64,000 bases of DNA from a virus (Duplodnaviria > Caudoviricetes), in the IMG/VR virus record IMGVR_UViG_3300032295_003763, positions 32,001-96,000 of that record, one strand, 5' to 3'. Made by a program: the position numbers and the translations under genes. Below the pieces are notes generated by a model. The model worked only from the letters and a program-made list of their open reading frames with translations. It ran no database searches and was not told the DNA's origin. Of this stretch, positions 28,544 to 37,571 are shown one piece after another. Each line of letters begins with the position of its first letter. Within the stretch, counting starts at the first letter, position 1.

Positions 28544-28973
28544 AATTCAATGGTAAGTATCTTTTAGATTTTAACTTATAAACTTTACCGTCATATTCAT
28601 AAATCAGAATAAATGGTTTCTTTCCACCTTCAGGTAATAAAGAAACTTCTATAGTTAGGATTTCTTTCAATGGGAAATTATATGGTGAATAATTCTTTTG
28701 AAGATAATTCATAAGGTGATTACCTAAATTCTCATCAATCCATTGTCTGTGTAAATCAAAAGAATATCCAGTATTGTCATTATTTGTGTAATAAACATCC
28801 CCGACCAAATAACCTTCGCTTTCATCTTGATTATAAATCATTTCAACGCCATCTTCATCAATAAATTTGATGGTTTTAACTGCACAATTTTTTGAGGTAG
28901 GAATATCCCATTGATCTACACTATCTGTTTCTTTTGGGGTAAACTCTTCAAATAATAAAAAGTACTTTTTCAT
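28542..28973 (-). CDS. Hypothetical protein with capsid-targeting-like leader
   Basis: MKKYFLLFEEF leader. Confidence 0.7.
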   Translation of the reverse strand: MKKYFLLFEEFTPKETDSVDQWDIPTSKNCAVKTIKFIDEDGVEMIYNQDESEGYLVGDVYYTNNDNTGYSFDLHRQWIDENLGNHLMNYLQKNYSPYNFPLKEILTIEVSLLPEGGKKPFILIYEYDGKVYKLKSKRYLPLN

Positions 28974-29063
28974 AATTATATGTTATATTTTTGAATAGCA
29001 AAATCGTATTTTATATCATTCGAAAGAATTTTCGGATAAATATAATTTTTACTACAAAATCTG

Positions 29064-29077
29064 GATATATATATATC
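29064..29077. promoter_or_regulatory. Palindromic double late-promoter motif GATATATATATATC
   Basis: Reads GATATATA on both strands, between divergent genes 28973(-) and 29099(+). Confidence 0.6.
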
Positions 29078-29098
29078 TAAACAATTAAACTTTTTACT

Positions 29099-29788
29099 AT
29101 GAGAAATTTTAAAGAATTTTTGACACTATTAAGCGAGTCCTCAATCATTGAGCAGGATTCCTTAAAAGAGCAATACCAAATAGAGGAAATTCTTTTGGAA
29201 AATGGATGTAATATATGTCTATTTAGTTCAGCAGGGATGGAACCAGATAATCGTGGATTAGTTAATCCCGACATAAGAAGGCTTAAAGGCACTTTAGGGG
29301 CTGTACAAACGCTGAATAACACAAAAGCAGGTCATATTATCAATCAAGCAGCAAAGATGTTCTCAGAGCATATGGTTGATAAAAATTTCGATGTTGTTGG
29401 AACAATCAAGACCATGAAAACTAACTTAGCAGGTGATCTAGTCGATAAAATAGATTTCTCAGATGGTCGAAAGCCTATGGTATTGAAAAACCTTATCTAT
29501 TTGACAAAAACTAGAGACGATGTTAAAACAACTAGCGAAAACATCGATAAGAAGGTTTCTAGAATGTTTAAGTTCGGAGATTTTGATATTGAAAAGATCG
29601 GTAAGGACGATAAGGCGAATGTAAAAGGTTTCTTGGGTGTAAATCCATCACTTGAGCATAAAATTATGGGTAAAAACATCGCAATCATCGATGACTATGC
29701 TGAAACTGGCACAACATTGAGAGAAGCATGTGATGCGTTGCTCAAATGCGGTGCTAAATCAGTTTCTGGATATGCTATATTGAAATAA
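29099..29788 (+). CDS. Type I phosphoribosyltransferase-fold protein with capsid-targeting-like leader
   Basis: PRPP loop KNIAIIDDYAETGTTLREA...GAKSV; leader MRNFKEFLTLLSE. Confidence 0.82.
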   Translation: MRNFKEFLTLLSESSIIEQDSLKEQYQIEEILLENGCNICLFSSAGMEPDNRGLVNPDIRRLKGTLGAVQTLNNTKAGHIINQAAKMFSEHMVDKNFDVVGTIKTMKTNLAGDLVDKIDFSDGRKPMVLKNLIYLTKTRDDVKTTSENIDKKVSRMFKFGDFDIEKIGKDDKANVKGFLGVNPSLEHKIMGKNIAIIDDYAETGTTLREACDALLKCGAKSVSGYAILK

Positions 29789-29812
29789 TGTTTAAATATA
29801 CCTAACTCATAA

Positions 29813-29846
29813 AAAAAGGAATTATTCTTGTGAATAATTCCTTTTT
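29813..29846. terminator. Bidirectional intrinsic terminator
   Basis: 15-bp stem aaaaaggaattattc/gaataattccttttt between convergent genes. Confidence 0.85.
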
Positions 29847-29849
29847 CTT

Positions 29850-30437
29850 TTAGTTCCATCTTTCATTCAATTCTTTTTCTTTCTGTTCTAGTAATTCATT
29901 GTATCGACTTAAAGAAATTTTCATATTGCTTTCATTGTCATCTTCAATATCTTTAAATTTCTGTTCGAATACTAATGAACGAGTGAAATTATATCCGATA
30001 CCGCCAGTAAAGAATGAAACAGTTTCTTCTTCTAAGTCTACAATATAGAGGTGGTTGGTCAAACTGAAATCAGATTCATCCTGAGGATCTATGCTTTCAG
30101 AAATATCAGGTAATTCAGAAAAAGAACCTGAAAATAGCATATCTACTAATGAAAGTTCAGAAGATTCATGTCTACGTGATAATTGAATCCAAGTATCGCC
30201 TTCTAAAACATTAGGAAGAGCTTTTCTATCTTCTTCATTAATTATTGAGTTTTCTGAAACTATTTTGATTTTGTCAAAATATTCATTAAAATGATTATTA
30301 AATGTCGAATCTTTCAATTTTGAGATAAATCCAAACAACTGCATTGAAAAATCATAGGGACTTAAATTTTGATGGAAAAATAGTCCACCAGTTTTATTTC
30401 CTTTTTTGATCATTAAGATACCGCTGTGCATTAACAT
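29850..30437 (-). CDS. Hypothetical protein, probably early
   Basis: 195-aa ORF preceded by a Bacteroidota-type promoter rather than the late motif. Confidence 0.65.
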   Translation of the reverse strand: MLMHSGILMIKKGNKTGGLFFHQNLSPYDFSMQLFGFISKLKDSTFNNHFNEYFDKIKIVSENSIINEEDRKALPNVLEGDTWIQLSRRHESSELSLVDMLFSGSFSELPDISESIDPQDESDFSLTNHLYIVDLEEETVSFFTGGIGYNFTRSLVFEQKFKDIEDDNESNMKISLSRYNELLEQKEKELNERWN

Positions 30438-30484
30438 ATTAGCTTCCTTTAATTAATTATTTTTATTATCGTTATCTCTTAATA

Positions 30485-30516
30485 CAAACATAATAAAAAA
30501 ATTTGAAATAAACAAA
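30485..30516 (-). promoter_or_regulatory. Bacteroidota-type sigma70 promoter (-33 TTTG / -7 TAnnTTTG)
   Basis: TTTG-N20-TATGTTTG on the minus strand upstream of ATG 30437. Confidence 0.6.
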
Positions 30517-30559
30517 TATTAATAAAAATATATACAATAAATCAAATAACAACTTACAA

Positions 30560-31144
30560 ATGAAGTATATCAAACGATTAGATGAAATGGAAGAAATCTT
30601 GAATAAAGATAAAACTATCATTTCCAGAATAGCATTTTATGATTTTGATGGAACTATTATAGATTCCCCTATGCCAGAACTTGGGAAATTATTATGGGCT
30701 AAAGAGAAAGGTATGAAATACCCCCATGTAGGTTGGTGGTCTAAACCAGAAAGTTTAGACTTGAATATTTTCGATATTAAAACTATAAAGAATGTTGAAA
30801 TAAGATTACAACGAGATATAGATGATAAAAATTGTTGGGTAGTATTATTGACTAATAGGTTATTAAAGTTACAACCTGACGTTTTAAACGTTCTTAATTA
30901 TTTAAATATAAAGGTAGATGAATTTCAGATGAAAGATCAGCTACATTATACTAAAAACATAAGAATAAAAAATGTTATACAAGACTTTCCACAATTGACA
31001 CAAATAGATATTTTAGACGATGACCAAAAGAATATCGATGATTTTATTGAACTTAGAGATGAATTACAACAAGAGGGTATAGCCGTTTCTATATACAAAG
31101 TAACGGCTCAAGATAAAGAAAACCCAATAAGACGAATAGACTAA
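30560..31144 (+). CDS. HAD-superfamily phosphatase (Swiss Army Knife RNA-repair-like HAD)
   Basis: FYDFDGT..DSP, GWWS, LLT.R, ILDD; leader MKYIKRLDE. Confidence 0.75.
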   Translation: MKYIKRLDEMEEILNKDKTIISRIAFYDFDGTIIDSPMPELGKLLWAKEKGMKYPHVGWWSKPESLDLNIFDIKTIKNVEIRLQRDIDDKNCWVVLLTNRLLKLQPDVLNVLNYLNIKVDEFQMKDQLHYTKNIRIKNVIQDFPQLTQIDILDDDQKNIDDFIELRDELQQEGIAVSIYKVTAQDKENPIRRID

Positions 31145-31145
31145 A

Positions 31146-31802
31146 TTATTCATTAGGCGAACACCACAATAAACCTCTACTTCTGTTTACATAAAAGAAG
31201 TCTGGAGATCCTCCATAATGTAGCATAGTTTCAGACATATGCGAATGGTTTGGGTAATAAAGCATTGAGTTCCAAATTAATTCTTTGTTTATGTATTTCA
31301 TATATTCCCCTATAGCATATGATATGTGCTTATGTTTTTCTACTGTACCCATATCAAAAAAATCATGAACCGCCATATATCCATCTTCAGCGATGTATGG
31401 GGTATAATCTACAAAATCTCTTAAATGCTGTTCTCCATTTGCATCCCAGTCTATAAAAACTAAAGCACAATTCTTCAAAACATATTTTGTTAAGTTTATA
31501 TGTGCTTCATAAGATTTTTTCTCAATATGTGCTATTCTACCAGATTGTAAATGTTCTGCACAATTCTCATAAAATTTATCTTTGGCTAACTTATTATCAT
31601 TATCTACCATCTCATAGGGGTCAATAGCAATAATGCGTTTATTTGTATTTTCTGCAAGATATTTGGTAGTTTCTCCCTTTAAAACTCCAACCTCAATAAT
31701 AAATTCACCTTTAGAAGAGTTAGCTAGTTCAACTAGTTTTTTCTTTTCTACAGGCCATAAAGAAGCGTTAAAATAAGCGTGCATTTCTTCTGAAACTTGC
31801 AT
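31146..31802 (-). CDS. Class I SAM-dependent methyltransferase (Methyltransf_24-like)
   Basis: IIEVGVLKGET, IAIDPY, LVFID, G.MAVHD. Confidence 0.8.
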   Translation of the reverse strand: MQVSEEMHAYFNASLWPVEKKKLVELANSSKGEFIIEVGVLKGETTKYLAENTNKRIIAIDPYEMVDNDNKLAKDKFYENCAEHLQSGRIAHIEKKSYEAHINLTKYVLKNCALVFIDWDANGEQHLRDFVDYTPYIAEDGYMAVHDFFDMGTVEKHKHISYAIGEYMKYINKELIWNSMLYYPNHSHMSETMLHYGGSPDFFYVNRSRGLLWCSPNE

Positions 31803-31850
31803 AAAAATTTCTTTTTAGTAATATAGGTTATTTAAAAATTATGTTCATAA

Positions 31851-31878
31851 AAAAAGCCTATCCGAAGATAGGCTTTTT
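31851..31878 (-). terminator. Intrinsic terminator with cUUCGg tetraloop
   Basis: Minus strand gcctatc-TTCG-gataggc followed by a U-tract; cUUCGg loops are characteristic of T4 terminators. Confidence 0.88.
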
Positions 31879-31880
31879 GT

Positions 31881-33452
31881 TTAGAATCTGTTTCTGTATT
31901 CTAGTAGAATATTGAACTTTTCAAAGTTTATCACTCTCGACATATTTTGTGAATATTTTTTCAAGAGTTCTTTTTCTTCATCGGTAAGAGAATCAAAACC
32001 AAGTTCAGAAATTTTGTCTAAAAGTTGATCCAATGTAGGCTTAGATTCCTTTTCTTTTGCCATTTTTTGAATCTTACTTATTTCATCTTCCATTTCTGTT
32101 TCAGGCGATTCCTCATATCTAGGCTCTTCCATTTCTGGCTCTTCTGAAGTAGCACCCATCGCATTTGCATAAATTGTAGCTACTTCTTCGATTGGCCACA
32201 TATCTCTATCTATTTCTTCATTAAATATTCTTTTGAACAAATCCATAAATACAGCATCAGGTGTTATTTGTTGATCATATAGATCACGTAAAACATTATA
32301 CATCATGGTTTCATCATGTTCCGTAATAACACCTTTCTTAATCAAATGATTCTCGACATCAATAAAGAACTCTCTGAATATATTTACGATCATAGGTCCA
32401 TAAACAAATCCCTGTTGTTCCTTAAACCAATTCTCAGTCTTTGCTTTAATTCTTTCTAGCTTCTCTTTTTCATACTTCATACCAAAATGAGAGATTACTT
32501 CAAATACTCCTTTAATCATCTCTTGAATTGCTAAGATTAAGCAAAAAGCTTTAACTTCAATAACAGGCTTACCGTCTTTATAGATAACATGCATTCTCGC
32601 TGGAACGATAGCTCCACCACCGCCCATTTGACCACCTTGTTGATCTTGCATTTTTTGCATATATTCCATCATTTGCTTGAACATTTCAATATCCATATAC
32701 TTATGAGACTCTAAACTAGTTCTCATAAATTTAAAATACTTTTCAAGTAAATCTGAATTTATTTGATCAACGAGGTCTTGCATATCCTCATCAAACATAC
32801 GACCTTGACTAGTTAAAGCAAATCCTTGTGTAAGTGCATTTATAATTTCTCTTTTGCTAATTGCTAGTTTAATGTCTTCGTCAGTTTCTTCTTTTCCCTT
32901 TTCTGCTTTAGGTACATCTCCACCCAAATTACTTTCAGGATCTCTTACAAACTCTACATCAAATTCTAAATCAGAGAATTGAGGTCCCTTTTTCATCAAT
33001 GCGGAACCATCAATAATCTTCTTAACAATTTCTCTAGCTATATTTTCAAGTTCTTCATCAGAAAACGTTTCTTGTTCAATTCGACCTATTTCCATCATTG
33101 TTTGCATGGCTTCCATACCCATACGTTGAAATTGCATTTGGTCAGGTCTAGGTAAACTCTTTTTAAACTTGCCAAAAGATGGAAGGTCTTCCAAACCTTC
33201 TTTAATAGAATATTTAGAATCTGATTTATATAAAGAATTAAAACGTTCAATACATTTCTTTAACTCTTCCTTCCAGTTTTTAGGAACTGGATTAATACTT
33301 GGTTGAGGTGGATTAAATGGTGAAGGTCTCTCTGGAGTTCTTTCTGGAGTCTCTACAGGTGCTTCTTTTGGGGCTGGTTTAGTTTCAGGTTCAGCTGCTG
33401 GCATATTATATGCATACTCATTTAATCCAAGTAGATATTTCATTTTTTTCAT
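31881..33452 (-). CDS. Conserved jumbo-phage hypothetical protein (Pro/Glu-rich N-terminus, DUF6576-like C-terminus)
   Basis: Leader MKYLLGLNE; PETKPAP repeats; KREIINALTQG; LDQLLDKISELGFDSLTDEEKELL. Confidence 0.7.
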   Translation of the reverse strand: MKKMKYLLGLNEYAYNMPAAEPETKPAPKEAPVETPERTPERPSPFNPPQPSINPVPKNWKEELKKCIERFNSLYKSDSKYSIKEGLEDLPSFGKFKKSLPRPDQMQFQRMGMEAMQTMMEIGRIEQETFSDEELENIAREIVKKIIDGSALMKKGPQFSDLEFDVEFVRDPESNLGGDVPKAEKGKEETDEDIKLAISKREIINALTQGFALTSQGRMFDEDMQDLVDQINSDLLEKYFKFMRTSLESHKYMDIEMFKQMMEYMQKMQDQQGGQMGGGGAIVPARMHVIYKDGKPVIEVKAFCLILAIQEMIKGVFEVISHFGMKYEKEKLERIKAKTENWFKEQQGFVYGPMIVNIFREFFIDVENHLIKKGVITEHDETMMYNVLRDLYDQQITPDAVFMDLFKRIFNEEIDRDMWPIEEVATIYANAMGATSEEPEMEEPRYEESPETEMEDEISKIQKMAKEKESKPTLDQLLDKISELGFDSLTDEEKELLKKYSQNMSRVINFEKFNILLEYRNRF

Positions 33453-33496
33453 AATAAATAAATGTTTTTTGTGATATACTATATATCCGTTTAATC

Positions 33497-34060
33497 CTAT
33501 TGTTTTACAAAAATAGGATTTTTTGTTTTAATGAAGAAATTTACGAGATAGTCGAAATATTGTTGTCCACCATACTCTACTAAAACAGGTGGACCCATCT
33601 TTTCAACATTTTCTAATCCATCTACTGTTAAAGTGTTCCATACCCAATATGGTTGTGGATTATCAGGTGTCCCTCTTTTACCTAACTCTAGATTTCCTCT
33701 TATTATCGAAGCGAATTTTTGGAAACCTTCTTGAGTTATAGGGGAATAGAATGTATAACTTTTTAAATTATTCCAGGGTGTAGTTACAACAAAGAATTGA
33801 CAATTTAAATTTACACCAACTACATTTATAATCAAATCCCTGATTTTTTCAATATTAAATCCACCTTCAATACTATGAAATTTTTTAATTTCATCTAAAA
33901 AAATCTTACCTACATCAAGAGTAGGCATTTGCATATTTGATTGTTTAGCATTTAAATGTTGTTCGGTCATTTTGACCTTATTGCGATCTCCCCAACCTCC
34001 AAATAGATTCAACAATTCAGGTTCATTAGAAACAAACGACCATTCTTTATTCTTGCTCAT
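33497..34060 (-). CDS. Hypothetical protein
   Basis: 187-aa ORF overlapping the upstream gene. Confidence 0.65.
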   Translation of the reverse strand: MSKNKEWSFVSNEPELLNLFGGWGDRNKVKMTEQHLNAKQSNMQMPTLDVGKIFLDEIKKFHSIEGGFNIEKIRDLIINVVGVNLNCQFFVVTTPWNNLKSYTFYSPITQEGFQKFASIIRGNLELGKRGTPDNPQPYWVWNTLTVDGLENVEKMGPPVLVEYGGQQYFDYLVNFFIKTKNPIFVKQ

Positions 34061-34790
34061 AATCTTTCTTTAAATCAATAATATTTAAATCAAAATCTGT
34101 AGAATCTTTTTTATAACCAGACATAGACTCATCGTACATATCGCTTGTCCATTGATGGTTAAAAAACAATTCATCTGGAGTATTAAAACCATACATTTCA
34201 AGTATAGATTTTTGCTGTTCCAGTACTTCCTTGCCTCTCCAATTATGTCCGATGACTATAAGACCTGCTTCTTTACCTTTTACTGGATTAGATTCTTTTA
34301 AAGAGGACTGCATGTTTTCAATCCATGTTAATCTTTCTAATAACTTCTGATAAGTTGCATTCATCGATCCCCATCTAATTGAACCGAAAAATACAACAAC
34401 ATCTGCTTCATGAATAGCTTTAGAAATTCTCCACAATTCATCATCTGGGTTATTTAAGGATGCCCAACATCTCATAAAACCATCTGGGTTCTTCTCTTTA
34501 TCATCTAAAATTGCTTTTTGTTCACCACAATGATTACCATCTCTATGAGAAACATTCCCCTCACATGGATAAATTTTTAATTTAAATGCGTCAAATATTC
34601 TCGGCTTTGGGTCAATCATAGAAGCCATAACTTCAGCTAATTCTGATGATTTAGGAATTTCTTTATCCCATCTGTTAGATGTTGTTATAAATACACATTC
34701 CTTCCCTTGTAAATACTCAATTGTATTGAGCAAAGGTTTGAATTCACCAGAAGATGCTTCAAATAAACTAAATGGAGTTATATTCTTCAT
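34047..34790 (-). CDS. Flavodoxin-fold NAD(P)H-dependent FMN reductase / iron-sulfur flavoprotein-like protein
   Basis: ITTSNR...KSSELA, IYPCEG..C..CW, ADVVVFFGSIRWG, KLLERL, GKEAGLIV. Confidence 0.78.
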   Translation of the reverse strand: MKNITPFSLFEASSGEFKPLLNTIEYLQGKECVFITTSNRWDKEIPKSSELAEVMASMIDPKPRIFDAFKLKIYPCEGNVSHRDGNHCGEQKAILDDKEKNPDGFMRCWASLNNPDDELWRISKAIHEADVVVFFGSIRWGSMNATYQKLLERLTWIENMQSSLKESNPVKGKEAGLIVIGHNWRGKEVLEQQKSILEMYGFNTPDELFFNHQWTSDMYDESMSGYKKDSTDFDLNIIDLKKDYEQE

Positions 34791-34842
34791 TTTAAACTTT
34801 TTATGATTTAAAGTATATATCTAATAAATAAAAGTTCATACT

Positions 34843-35049
34843 ATGAATTACGCTAGAAAAGTAAGAGAATTAGAAAAGATTTACTTTAATGAAAGTAAAG
34901 AGAATGAAAGTAATAAGTTCGAGTTAATAGAAACTCACAAAAAATATGAAGAACTTAAAACTCTATGTAAGGATCTTTTGAATAATTATGACAACAAAGA
35001 AAATATAGAAGATTCAGTAATTAAGATAAAATATCACCTTATGGGTTAA
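34843..35049 (+). CDS. Small hypothetical protein
   Basis: 68-aa ORF containing FNE|S. Confidence 0.55.
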   Translation: MNYARKVRELEKIYFNESKENESNKFELIETHKKYEELKTLCKDLLNNYDNKENIEDSVIKIKYHLMG

Positions 35050-35495
35050 TCTTTCTTCAAACGATTATAAAGATCTTTTTTTATAGCGGATAAATGTTTG
35101 CAGAATTTAGGTATCCTCTGGGGATTCATTTTTTTTAATGGCTCTCCATTTGAAGATATGATTTCAGAAGCATCCTTTGTCCAAAGTAACCATTCATTTT
35201 CATATCTAAAATCATTACAATCACAATGAGCAATAACATGTTGATCTAAGTTATCTAAAGTTATAACTTTATCACTTAAAGGCTTCACCCATTGCTTATG
35301 CTTATTACCACTCGATACAGTGGTTGTCTGATATACATACTTGTTCTTTTTAGTTCTGGTCACAAATTTAACAATAATGTCTTTAGCCCTTTCTTTATAT
35401 CTCTTTGGAGTTCTTTTATAAATATAATTAAATCTTAATTCGTTAAGACTGGTATCTAATTTATTATGTAAAAAATCTATGAATGATGTCAGCAT
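35046..35495 (-). CDS. SWIM zinc-finger protein with capsid-targeting-like leader
   Basis: HCDCNDF...FCKHL; leader MLTSFIDFL...LNE. Confidence 0.75.
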   Translation of the reverse strand: MLTSFIDFLHNKLDTSLNELRFNYIYKRTPKRYKERAKDIIVKFVTRTKKNKYVYQTTTVSSGNKHKQWVKPLSDKVITLDNLDQHVIAHCDCNDFRYENEWLLWTKDASEIISSNGEPLKKMNPQRIPKFCKHLSAIKKDLYNRLKKD

Positions 35496-35506
35496 GATTT
35501 TAAGAA

Positions 35507-36187
35507 TTAATTATTTATTTCTGAAAGATGCTCTTGGAACAAATTATAAATAGTAGGTGTCCACAAATCCTTGGATAAATCTATTGGGCTTAAATTAGCA
35601 GCATTCTTTATAGTTGGGTCTGCTCCAAAATCTAATAACAATTGAACTGTATCATCCGATTCTCTTTCTAATGCATAATGTAAGGGTGTATTACCCTCAT
35701 CGTCTTGTGCATTTGGATTTATACCTTGGGCTAAAAATAATTCAGTAAGAGGCAGGTTAGCATATTCAGCCGCTAAGTGTAATGGAGTAGCAGCATTAAA
35801 TTTGCTTTTGATGCTCTTTACATTCGCACCATACTCAATAAGTGTTTTTGCAACATCTACCCCCTTATAGTTTTCTGCTACACTAAATATAGGGGTAAAA
35901 CCCGATTCATCTTCTATATTTGGATCCATACCATAATCTAAAAGCATCTTAACTAGATCCGCTTTAGTTTCATATCGGCATGCTATATGTAAAACAGTTT
36001 CACCAAAAGCATCATCAATATACTCCAAGTTTGCCCCAAGTTCTATAATATTTTTTACATAATCAATATTCGCATCTTTGGTTTCTCTTTTCTTAATCTC
36101 ATCAATAATTAATTTAGTCTTATTATTGGGAGACATAATCATATATTCATATGGATCAAATTCTTCAAAGAGTTTAATATACTTCAT
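35507..36187 (-). CDS. Ankyrin-repeat protein with capsid-targeting-like leader
   Basis: GETVLHIAC, GFTPIF, ATPLHLAA, GNTPLHYA; leader MKYIKLFEEF. Confidence 0.92.
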   Translation of the reverse strand: MKYIKLFEEFDPYEYMIMSPNNKTKLIIDEIKKRETKDANIDYVKNIIELGANLEYIDDAFGETVLHIACRYETKADLVKMLLDYGMDPNIEDESGFTPIFSVAENYKGVDVAKTLIEYGANVKSIKSKFNAATPLHLAAEYANLPLTELFLAQGINPNAQDDEGNTPLHYALERESDDTVQLLLDFGADPTIKNAANLSPIDLSKDLWTPTIYNLFQEHLSEINN

Positions 36188-36196
36188 AGTAAATCT

Positions 36197-37483
36197 TTAG
36201 ATTATAATAGGTTCTTTAGGCTCACCCTTTTCATCTGATTCAACATCGGGCCATACTTTACCTGACTTAGCAGTTGGCTTAGATTCTTCTTTCTTTTTTT
36301 CTTCCTCTTTTGCGGTAACATAAGGTAAATAAGAATCACTAAGATTTTCTAAAGCCCATCTGGTCTGCTTTCCTATTCTACCATCTACAGTCAATTTTCT
36401 TCCATCTTCGTTCATGGAATTTTCTTGAAAACGAATGACAGCAGAATGTGTAAGTTCACCAAATTTTCCAGTTATACCACCTTTAAATATACCCATTGCT
36501 TGAAGTATCTTTTGAACAACTTTTATTATTGCACCTTCTTGGATACCATTATATCCAATCCATGTTTTATTAGGGGAATATGATTCTAGCTCTTTAGCAA
36601 ACTTAGATGCTAATTTAGAACTGATCTTCTCCTCTTCTATCAAAATACAATTATCAATAAGTAATTCTAAACAATGAACTAAAACTGTTGCTCTCCATGA
36701 TATATCTGCACCTGGAAGCAAATCATAATACCGCATGTGATAATATGTGTCCTGTATAGATTCTGCTAATTTCTTAAAAGGCTTTTCTATAACACTCTCG
36801 AACTCAGTCAAGTAATCAATTTCTGTACTCTCTCCGAATATTGAATGGAATGTGCTTATGTCATATTTTTTAACAAAGTCAGATAATCCTAAAAATGTTT
36901 GAGAAGGCTGATAATTACCCATAAGATTAGTTAAAAATACACCAATCATATAAATAGGATTTCTATATTTTCTCGTTTTAATTAAAATTTCTTTCTGAAC
37001 AACATCGATTGGACTACTTGCATCAGTAAAGTCAGCATCAGATCTTTCGATTTTTACTTTCTTCAAATTTTTAATCTGGTCTGGGAGAATAGTGCTTAAA
37101 TAAGATTTATAATTATTTATATCTTGCTTAATGACCTTAGCTGCCTTTTTAACTTTATCTTTATTTTCCTTTAGATATAACAAGTCTTGATATACTTCTA
37201 CATCCGTCTGACTAGTAGATTTCTCAAGTAATGTCATCATACCGCTTGTACATGACTTATAACCAACATCAACCATATTCCATAGTGATGATGTTGGAAG
37301 GAGAGCTTCTTGGAATGTTTCATTACCATTAAATATTTCAATAGTTGATTGTGCTGAAAGAGCAGTAATTTGATAAAGGTCTGACATTCTGAACTCTTTC
37401 AATGTCAAACCATAATAACCATCATAAATGCCAGCTATTTCATTTAATTTAGCTTCTTTGAATTTACTATATCGTGTAATCAC
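36197..37483 (-). CDS. Putative internal virion protein with C-terminal PG_binding_1 domain
   Basis: IKVVQKILQAMG...GKFGELTHSAVIRFQ...LTVDGRIGKQT; leader ..KFKEAKLNE; GTG start. Confidence 0.8.
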   Translation of the reverse strand: MITRYSKFKEAKLNEIAGIYDGYYGLTLKEFRMSDLYQITALSAQSTIEIFNGNETFQEALLPTSSLWNMVDVGYKSCTSGMMTLLEKSTSQTDVEVYQDLLYLKENKDKVKKAAKVIKQDINNYKSYLSTILPDQIKNLKKVKIERSDADFTDASSPIDVVQKEILIKTRKYRNPIYMIGVFLTNLMGNYQPSQTFLGLSDFVKKYDISTFHSIFGESTEIDYLTEFESVIEKPFKKLAESIQDTYYHMRYYDLLPGADISWRATVLVHCLELLIDNCILIEEEKISSKLASKFAKELESYSPNKTWIGYNGIQEGAIIKVVQKILQAMGIFKGGITGKFGELTHSAVIRFQENSMNEDGRKLTVDGRIGKQTRWALENLSDSYLPYVTAKEEEKKKEESKPTAKSGKVWPDVESDEKGEPKEPIII

Positions 37484-37523
37484 AGCTTTAAATTATATTT
37501 GCTTGTATATATCAAAAAAATAA

Positions 37524-37550
37524 CCCTCTTTTGAAAATATCAGAAGAGGG
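37524..37550 (-). terminator. Intrinsic terminator immediately followed by a late motif
   Basis: Hairpin ccctcttctga/tcaaaagaggg with U-tract; GATATATA at 37506-37513. Confidence 0.7.
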
Positions 37551-37571
37551 CTGGAAAATTATAAAATTTAT

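Noticed and set aside
29099-29788. Phage NAD-reconstitution (NARP) pathway
   Set aside because: Only a lone short PRTase domain is present; no Namat/Nampt partner is recognisable, and the nucleotidyltransferase-like domain at 18599 is degenerate.
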